A stretch of 64,000 nucleotides of DNA from an uncultured Candidatus Saccharimonas sp. GTDB lineage: Bacteria; Patescibacteriota; Saccharimonadia; Saccharimonadales; AWTP1-31. The stretch's first letter is position 1. The number at the start of each line of letters is the position of its first letter. The DNA is taken from contig CALRBE010000005.1 in the NCBI GenBank assembly GCA_943354005.1, positions 21,910 to 85,909 on the forward strand, given 5' to 3'. A model generated the notes under the pieces. It searched no databases and was not told the origin of the DNA. It saw nothing but the letters and a program-made list of their open reading frames with translations. A program made the translations under genes and the position numbers. Below are positions 58,193 to 64,000 of the stretch, one piece after another.

Positions 58193-60052
58193 TTAGCTTA
58201 AGATAACGTCGTCTTTGACGCTGCGCCATGGGCCATGTGCTCTTAACGCATATACGATTACGACTACATCAACTAGCTCTTGTATAGCAGCTCCATAGAT
58301 AGGGAGGAACTTTCCAGTAGCGAATATGAACATTAGTATTGTACTGAGAGCAATACCAGTCATGATTGACTGCTTTGCGATACGAATCGTACGCTGTGCA
58401 ATATCTACTCCAACTGCAACCTGACCAAGACTATCGAGCATAATAACAACGTCTGCCGATTCGCTGGCAGCAGTTGAACCCCGTGCTCCAAGTGCGATAC
58501 CAACATCTGACGCCGTAAGAACAGGAGCATCATTAACTCCGTCTCCTACGAACCCAATTGGCTTGTATTGAGCTTTATCAATAGCCATGAGTTTGTCTGC
58601 AGGCATTGCATCTGAAATAACTGTCTCAATGCCTAATTTTTTAGCTATAGCCTGTGCAGTAGTCTTGTTGTCTCCAGTTATCATGAGTAATTCCTGGACG
58701 CCGAGTCTCTTAAGTCTTTCTAGAGTCTCTTTTGCATCATCACGTAAGGCATCTTCAAAAGTAATTATTCCAGCGAGCTTGCCATCTATAGCGACGTAAG
58801 CTGCTGTAGTATTAATACTTTTACTATTAAAGCTTTTGGGCATGACTACATTTTCATCTTCAAGAAGGCTTAGTCTTCCAACCAGAATATTTTTACCAGC
58901 AATTACAGACTTCAGGCCTCTTCCTGCGATTTCTTTTACGTGCTTAGGCTTCGTAAGGGCTATTTTACGGGACTTAGCCAGATCGACTATAGCACTTGCC
59001 AAAACGTGAGTTGAGACTTGCTCAAGCGTCCCTGCGAGCTTCAAGACTTCAGATTCGCTAAACGAGTTATATACAGTAATTTCTTTAACTTCAGGTATTC
59101 CGCGAGTCAACGTTCCAGTCTTATCAAATCCCATTGTTTTCATTCGAGCTAATTGCTCTAGAGCAGAACCATTCTTTACAATAATTCCGTGTTTCGCTGC
59201 TCGGCTCATTCCAGAGATTAGGGCAATTGGAGCACCAAGAATTAGAGGGCAGGGCGTTGCTACTACAAGTACCTGGAGAAAGCGTAGGCTATCGCCACTG
59301 AGCGCCCATGCTCCGAAGGCTATCGTAAATGCTAATAGCGTAAATGGTACAGCGTAACGATCGGCCATTCTTACAAAAGGTGATTTACCTGCTTGTGCTG
59401 CTTTGACTAGTTTAATTATTTGGCTAAACTGACTGTTCTCTGCAGTTCTTAGGGCTTTTGCAGTAATCGAACCATCGATGCTTACCGAACCACTTAGTAG
59501 ATCTTGACCAACGATTTTACTAACAGGAAGACTTTCACCCGTAAGGCTTGATTCATCAAAATCTGATATTCCCTCAAGGACTATGGCATCAACAGGAACA
59601 ACTTCACCGGGTTTAATAATTATCTTATCGCCAACAACTACCTGACCAACTGGAATATCAAGTTCTTTGCGTCCGCGAATAACGTGAGCCATCTGAGGCG
59701 CTCTATCAAGTAGTGCGGTCAATTCAGCTTGTGCACGTCTTTCAGCATAGTCCTCTAAGGCTGCTCCACCAGTCAGCATAAAGACAATTATAATTCCGGC
59801 CCAGTACTCCTTAAACAGGATTGAGCTCAGGATTGCAGTAACTGCCAAGATATCGACACCGTATGTTCCAACGCGTATATCCTGTACCATCCCCCATACA
59901 AGCGGCACAGTATTAAGTAGGGCGCTTGTTGCTAGAACTATGTAGGCTGCAGTCGTTTGTCCTAGGAGCTCCAGGATACCTGCTAAAAGTACAGTTACTA
60001 TTACAAGGCCAAATTGTTTATATTCTTTAAAAAATGTAATAATTTTTTTCAA
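58193..60052 (-). CDS. P1B-type heavy-metal-translocating ATPase without N-terminal metal-binding domain
   Basis: DKTGTLT, TGES and GDGVNDAP motifs. The TM motif is TPCPL in place of CPC. The TTG start is preceded by GGAG. Confidence 0.85.
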   Translation of the reverse strand: MKKIITFFKEYKQFGLVIVTVLLAGILELLGQTTAAYIVLATSALLNTVPLVWGMVQDIRVGTYGVDILAVTAILSSILFKEYWAGIIIVFMLTGGAALEDYAERRAQAELTALLDRAPQMAHVIRGRKELDIPVGQVVVGDKIIIKPGEVVPVDAIVLEGISDFDESSLTGESLPVSKIVGQDLLSGSVSIDGSITAKALRTAENSQFSQIIKLVKAAQAGKSPFVRMADRYAVPFTLLAFTIAFGAWALSGDSLRFLQVLVVATPCPLILGAPIALISGMSRAAKHGIIVKNGSALEQLARMKTMGFDKTGTLTRGIPEVKEITVYNSFSESEVLKLAGTLEQVSTHVLASAIVDLAKSRKIALTKPKHVKEIAGRGLKSVIAGKNILVGRLSLLEDENVVMPKSFNSKSINTTAAYVAIDGKLAGIITFEDALRDDAKETLERLKRLGVQELLMITGDNKTTAQAIAKKLGIETVISDAMPADKLMAIDKAQYKPIGFVGDGVNDAPVLTASDVGIALGARGSTAASESADVVIMLDSLGQVAVGVDIAQRTIRIAKQSIMTGIALSTILMFIFATGKFLPIYGAAIQELVDVVVIVYALRAHGPWRSVKDDVILS

Positions 60053-60159
60053 TGTCTTCTCCTATTTACTCTAGTATAACAGGGATCATATGGTCGATAC
60101 CATTGATTCCAAGAAACGTATGCATTAAAAATGGCCAGTATTACTGACCAGTTTTTTTG

Positions 60160-60237
60160 TGGGGCGAGCTATGGGGATCGAACCCACGGCCTCCGGAACC
60201 ACAACCCGGCGCTCTAACCAACTGAGCTAAGCCCGCC
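60160..60237 (-). tRNA. tRNA-His(GTG) with encoded G-1
   Basis: The reverse complement folds as a cloverleaf with anticodon loop TTGTGGT. An extra 5' G lies opposite the C73 discriminator. Confidence 0.88.
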
Positions 60238-60295
60238 ATATCACAGTGAAGTATATCTGTTATTGAACAATTTGACAACAGCTTTGTAGCATACA

Positions 60296-61141
60296 ATGAC
60301 ATATACTGTAACAATGACAAATAGCGAAAAACCACCTGTAGATGCCATGAATATTGCTGCAGTATATGATTTTTACAAAGATAATAAAATTAATCAGCCT
60401 ATCGTAAAGTTCGCACACTTCGTATTAGGTACAGCTATGCGATCTGAAATTACTTATTGGGACGAAGATGGGCCCGAAGTTCTTGGTGATGCTATTGAAC
60501 AGGGCAAGGGAATCATATTTGCTGCCAATCATAGAACGAATAACGATCAATACGTGCTCGCTGCCTTGCCAGCTCAAATAGATCAACTCGAATCAATGCA
60601 GGGTACAACTTTTATTCCATCAAAAACCGATCTCTTTAAAAGTAAGCCTTTGCGCTGGGCCGTTGAGCAACTAGGAGCCATCCCTGCATATAGGGCTAAA
60701 GATTTTACGGAAGAGCAGGCAATACTACGACGTTATGCCACTGATGATTTAATTGATGTATCAGTGCATAGACTTACTAACGGACAAAATATGGCTTTTT
60801 TTCCAGAAGGTACACGTAATACAGAAAAACCTAATGAAGTTCAAAAACTCCATCGCGGCATTGCCGACATAGTCTGCAGAGCACAGGTCGATCGAGACTT
60901 TCTTATTCTTCCGATTGGCATTGCATATGGAGAAGATAAACCTGAAGGGGCTTCGATAACCAAATCATTAAAGGCTCCTGCAGTTAAAATTCGTAACGCA
61001 TGGGCACCTAGCGTACACATTGGGCAACCCTTAGAAACTCCTATATCAGGATCCGAAGAATTGAAAGCCAGTTTACAATTAGCACTACAAGAAAGTGTTA
61101 ATGTAGCTATCGACAATCGATCAAAACGTTATGTGCGCTAA
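60296..61141 (+). CDS. plsC: lysophospholipid (1-acyl-sn-glycerol-3-phosphate) acyltransferase
   Basis: HX4D motif (NHRTNND) and FPEGTR. The alternative start at ATG 60314 has TATACT 6 nt upstream. Confidence 0.8.
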   Translation: MTYTVTMTNSEKPPVDAMNIAAVYDFYKDNKINQPIVKFAHFVLGTAMRSEITYWDEDGPEVLGDAIEQGKGIIFAANHRTNNDQYVLAALPAQIDQLESMQGTTFIPSKTDLFKSKPLRWAVEQLGAIPAYRAKDFTEEQAILRRYATDDLIDVSVHRLTNGQNMAFFPEGTRNTEKPNEVQKLHRGIADIVCRAQVDRDFLILPIGIAYGEDKPEGASITKSLKAPAVKIRNAWAPSVHIGQPLETPISGSEELKASLQLALQESVNVAIDNRSKRYVR

Positions 61142-61719
61142 TTTCCTAGGTTAGTCATCTTTGAAAAATCGCTAAAGTACTGGCTAGCAAGAGTCAGGTA
61201 ATCTTTAGATTGCGACTTGTCTCCTGGAAAACACTCACCATCTGTAACTATAGAAGATGATGAATACCACCAGTCTCCAACCTTAACTTTTTTTACTTCG
61301 ATTTTGTTTAGATTAAATGGAACCGAATAGTCTATTCCTGGATTCTCATCTTTGTGTCTGTATACGGCAGCAGCTACGAATGGTAGGGTACAACTATTTT
61401 CTTTCGGACTAAAACCATCGACGGATATATATCTTTGCTCAACACTTGCACCTGTAGATGGCACAATGAATGATGAATCTCCAACGACAGTGTCGAAGCT
61501 AGTATAAAAACTCCCAGACCTTGTTACAGGGAACTTAATCCCCCATTCACTATCTGAAATTATGGATTCGGTAGTATCAATCTGATTAGTATCATCTGTA
61601 TTAGGTTTAGAATTTTGACGGCTGAAAAATATTAATATAAGTATAAAAATAAGCACAAAAACAATAGCACTAATAATAATTATTTTTCGTCGTCCTGAAT
61701 TTTGTGGATCATTTTGCAC
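61138..61719 (-). CDS. N-terminally anchored exported protein, unknown function
   Basis: 193 aa with a GTG start and a single TM helix. Confidence 0.45.
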   Translation of the reverse strand: MQNDPQNSGRRKIIIISAIVFVLIFILILIFFSRQNSKPNTDDTNQIDTTESIISDSEWGIKFPVTRSGSFYTSFDTVVGDSSFIVPSTGASVEQRYISVDGFSPKENSCTLPFVAAAVYRHKDENPGIDYSVPFNLNKIEVKKVKVGDWWYSSSSIVTDGECFPGDKSQSKDYLTLASQYFSDFSKMTNLGN

Positions 61720-61765
61720 GTTATACCACCTTCCGTGTAATGAGTAAATATTATGATAACAATAT

Positions 61766-61842
61766 TGGTGCCCCGGGCAGGATTCGAACCTGCGACCTTG
61801 AGCTTAGAAGTCTCCTGCTCTATCCAGCTGAGCTACCAGGGC
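61766..61842 (-). tRNA. tRNA-Arg(TCT)
   Basis: Acceptor GCCCTGG/CCGGGGC, anticodon loop CTTCTAA. The anticodon stem has only 3 Watson-Crick pairs. Confidence 0.75.
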
Positions 61843-61896
61843 ATATCAATATAATAAAGTACGGATAAGCCTTATAGCTTATAAGATTCGTAAATT

Positions 61897-61971
61897 TGGT
61901 GCGGGTGGAGAGAATCGAACTCTCGTCCTAAGTTTGGAAAACTTATATACTAGCCGTTGTACGACACCCGC
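61897..61971 (-). tRNA. tRNA-Gly(TCC)
   Basis: Acceptor GCGGGTG/CACCCGC, anticodon loop TTTCCAA, T-loop TTCGATT. Confidence 0.9.
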
Positions 61972-62021
61972 AGTAGCACCATTATACCAATATCTTTATC
62001 TGTTAGCTAGTCCCTGAGATC

Positions 62022-62654
62022 TTACTTCTCGACGTAATCAAATCTACCAATACGGCGCCTTGTAATCATACTTGGTCTTGCATACGGGTTAGGAGGTAGC
62101 GGTTGAGGGTTTATTTTGTACCACTGATCTTTGTTTACTGGCAATAGTGAGCGGGCTTGCATATCGGTCATATGAGAGTCTTCTGTTTCAAATACTTGCA
62201 TTGGAATGGCTGAATGTACGGCTTGTCGCTCCCCATTTGCCATTTCCATAGTGCGACTCCTTTGCTCCATAACCTTGTCTTGGATATGTGAAGTAAATTT
62301 TCGAAGTTCAATTTGTTTAAAGCTCTTAAACTTTAGATCCTTGCTAAAGCTACGTAAATGCATTGTCGCGCCAAGAAAGTAATGGGCGAAGTCTACTTCC
62401 GCAACCATGTCATAGCGTATATCTTCCACGGTTAGGAACATGGGTTTCTTATCCACTAAGAGCACGCGGTAGTTTGTCGCACATAATAACGCAGTACCAC
62501 CTTCATACCTTCCAAAAACAATATCTTGGAGGATCTCACCCTCACGCATTATTTTTGGCAATTCCCGTAATTCTGGTTTATACCAGAAGGGAATAGAGCC
62601 CGCTAAGTTGTTAATTTGTCTCCTCACCACTTCAGTACTTACCATGATTCGCAC
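62022..62654 (-). CDS. PH-like (YokE-type) domain protein
   Basis: GEILQDIVFGRYEGGTALLCATNYRVLLVDKKPMF is a bacterial PH-like pattern. 210 aa. Confidence 0.5.
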   Translation of the reverse strand: MRIMVSTEVVRRQINNLAGSIPFWYKPELRELPKIMREGEILQDIVFGRYEGGTALLCATNYRVLLVDKKPMFLTVEDIRYDMVAEVDFAHYFLGATMHLRSFSKDLKFKSFKQIELRKFTSHIQDKVMEQRSRTMEMANGERQAVHSAIPMQVFETEDSHMTDMQARSLLPVNKDQWYKINPQPLPPNPYARPSMITRRRIGRFDYVEK

Positions 62655-62721
62655 CTCCGTTTACATCTATAATTATATTGATTAGATCCAATACAATAAG
62701 TGATAATAAACTTTTCTATAT

Positions 62722-62737
62722 TGTGATAATAATCACT
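62722..62737. promoter_or_regulatory. CRP/FNR-type binding site candidate
   Basis: TGTGA-TAATAA-TCACT versus the CRP consensus TGTGA-N6-TCACA. Its centre lies about 36 nt upstream of the ATG at 62766. Confidence 0.5.
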
Positions 62738-62765
62738 TTTTAATATTTTATGACATAATATAGCC

Positions 62766-63416
62766 ATGTTGGCATCTGAGATACAGCGAGACAATCTTAA
62801 AAAGGTCTTTGAAAAGGGATCACGGTTAACCTATAAAAAAGGTGAATATATTATTAGGCCTGGAGAAACTCCAAGTTCTGTATACTTTATTGAATCCGGT
62901 GTTGCAAAAGCCTATGCGATTACAAAATATGCAGAAGAGAACGTTTTAATTTTACGAAAGAATAATGAAATTTTTCCTCTAATTTGGTCGCATACTGGGC
63001 AGGAAAGGGGCGTCATCTATGAAGCTATAACGCCTCTTGTAGCCTGGAAGCTACAGCGCTCTATATATGAAGAGCATCTATTGAGCGACTCTGATCTACT
63101 CTTGCCTATTCTAGATATGACAACTGAAATGTATCGTATTCATTCTGAGCGAATTATGACCCTCGAATATCGAACCGTACGAGAAAGGCTTATTTCTTTC
63201 CTACTCCAGTTAGCAAAAAGATTTAGTGAAAAAACAGAAGATGGGGTACTTATTACCGTACCGCTTCGTCAGGCAGATATTGCAAGTTCAGTTAATGCTT
63301 CCCGTGAGAGTGCCACAAGGGAGCTTAACGGCCTAGACCAAAAGGGACTTATAAAACTTCAGAAAACAGGCATTTTGCTTTGTGATATTCCAAAATTAAA
63401 ATCTTTCCTAGAATAA
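62766..63416 (+). CDS. Crp/Fnr family transcriptional regulator
   Basis: cNMP-binding-like N-terminal domain plus a C-terminal HTH (RQADIASSVNASRESATREL). CATAAT lies 6 nt before the ATG. Confidence 0.8.
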   Translation: MLASEIQRDNLKKVFEKGSRLTYKKGEYIIRPGETPSSVYFIESGVAKAYAITKYAEENVLILRKNNEIFPLIWSHTGQERGVIYEAITPLVAWKLQRSIYEEHLLSDSDLLLPILDMTTEMYRIHSERIMTLEYRTVRERLISFLLQLAKRFSEKTEDGVLITVPLRQADIASSVNASRESATRELNGLDQKGLIKLQKTGILLCDIPKLKSFLE

Positions 63417-63475
63417 AGACATCAGCACTATTAGACAATTGTCATACTAGTATAAAAATGGTTTAATTAAGTATT

Positions 63476-64000
63476 ATGAAATTACTAAATGGGCTTGATG
63501 TTGCAAGCTATATTAAAAACCGCCAACTAGCTGATTCTCGTGCATTGATACAGGCCCACGGCGTCACGCCAAAGCTTGCTATAATTCGCACCAACCCAGA
63601 TCCCGTAGTAGACAGTTACATGAAGCTGAAACAATCTTATGGTGAAGAGATTGCTGTTGATGTTGATGTACATACAATTAAGCAAGATGATGCAATCAAG
63701 ACCATTGAAATGCTCAATAAGGATAAAGACGTTCATGGAATTATCGTCCAAATTCCCCTTCCCGACCCTTCTCAATCAGATGTTATTTTAAATACTGTGA
63801 AACCCACTAAGGATGTTGACGGCCTTTCAGATGATTCAGTATTTGATGCTCCAACTCCAATCGCGATTACATGGCTTCTTGCGGCTTACAACGTAGACCT
63901 TAAAGATAAAAAAATCTTAATAGTCGGCCACGGTAGACTCGTAGGTAAGCCGTTAGAGAAATTATGGAAGACTACAAACCTTGACGTTACGGTTGCAACC
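63476..64000 (+). CDS. folD: bifunctional methylenetetrahydrofolate dehydrogenase/cyclohydrolase FolD (3' end beyond the window)
   Basis: Hand translation gives MKLLNGLDVASYIK...LAIIRTNPDPVVDSYMKLK...VHGIIVQIPLP...KDVDGL. The frame is open to the window edge and absent from the ORF track because there is no stop. Confidence 0.85.
   Translation, partial: MKLLNGLDVASYIKNRQLADSRALIQAHGVTPKLAIIRTNPDPVVDSYMKLKQSYGEEIAVDVDVHTIKQDDAIKTIEMLNKDKDVHGIIVQIPLPDPSQSDVILNTVKPTKDVDGLSDDSVFDAPTPIAITWLLAAYNVDLKDKKILIVGHGRLVGKPLEKLWKTTNLDVTVAT

Overview
AT-rich, gene-dense bacterial chromosome segment that uses the standard genetic code: TGA, TAA and TAG all terminate intact housekeeping ORFs. The gene content suggests a reduced-genome Patescibacteria/CPR organism, possibly Saccharibacteria-like. 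This rests on a short HrcA and TsaB, a type IV pilus, peptidoglycan genes, many bacterial-PH-domain membrane proteins and no biosynthetic operons. The taxon call is inference only, since no search was possible. Core blocks are hrcA-grpE-dnaK-dnaJ with CIRCE operators, an HTH-fused murA with glyA and murB, yebC-ruvC-ruvA-ruvB, a pilin with a PilB-like ATPase, recA-recX, tsaE-tsaB-rny, and a partial folD at the 3' edge. There are 7 tRNAs: Arg-TCG, Lys-CTT, Lys-TTT, Pro-TGG, His-GTG, Arg-TCT and Gly-TCC. The most unusual structure lies directly downstream of tRNA-Lys(CTT), at 21.3-28.9 kb. Nearly every intergenic gap there carries a degenerate copy of a 35-50 nt motif whose 3' half equals the tRNA 3' end plus its flank. 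These copies divide a co-oriented run of mostly single-gene, self-promoted and mostly leaderless cassettes (GNATs, SemiSWEET, M23 peptidase, PPase-like, secreted proteins, pilin-like, Nudix). The same signature, a duplicated tRNA 3' end plus terminator bracketing one gene, occurs at tRNA-Pro (51.0-51.9 kb). The same junction module also follows a convergent tRNA-Lys(TTT) at 37.4 kb. No recombinase gene is visible in the window. Other points of interest are an XRE-HTH::MurA fusion beside a perfect 16-bp palindrome, a PilB paralog that appears to lack the Walker B Glu and the His box, a 1421-aa sensor kinase with a Cys-motif repeat ectodomain translationally coupled to an SGNH/SASA-like esterase, and a widespread TGnTATAAT-N6-8-ATG leaderless architecture.
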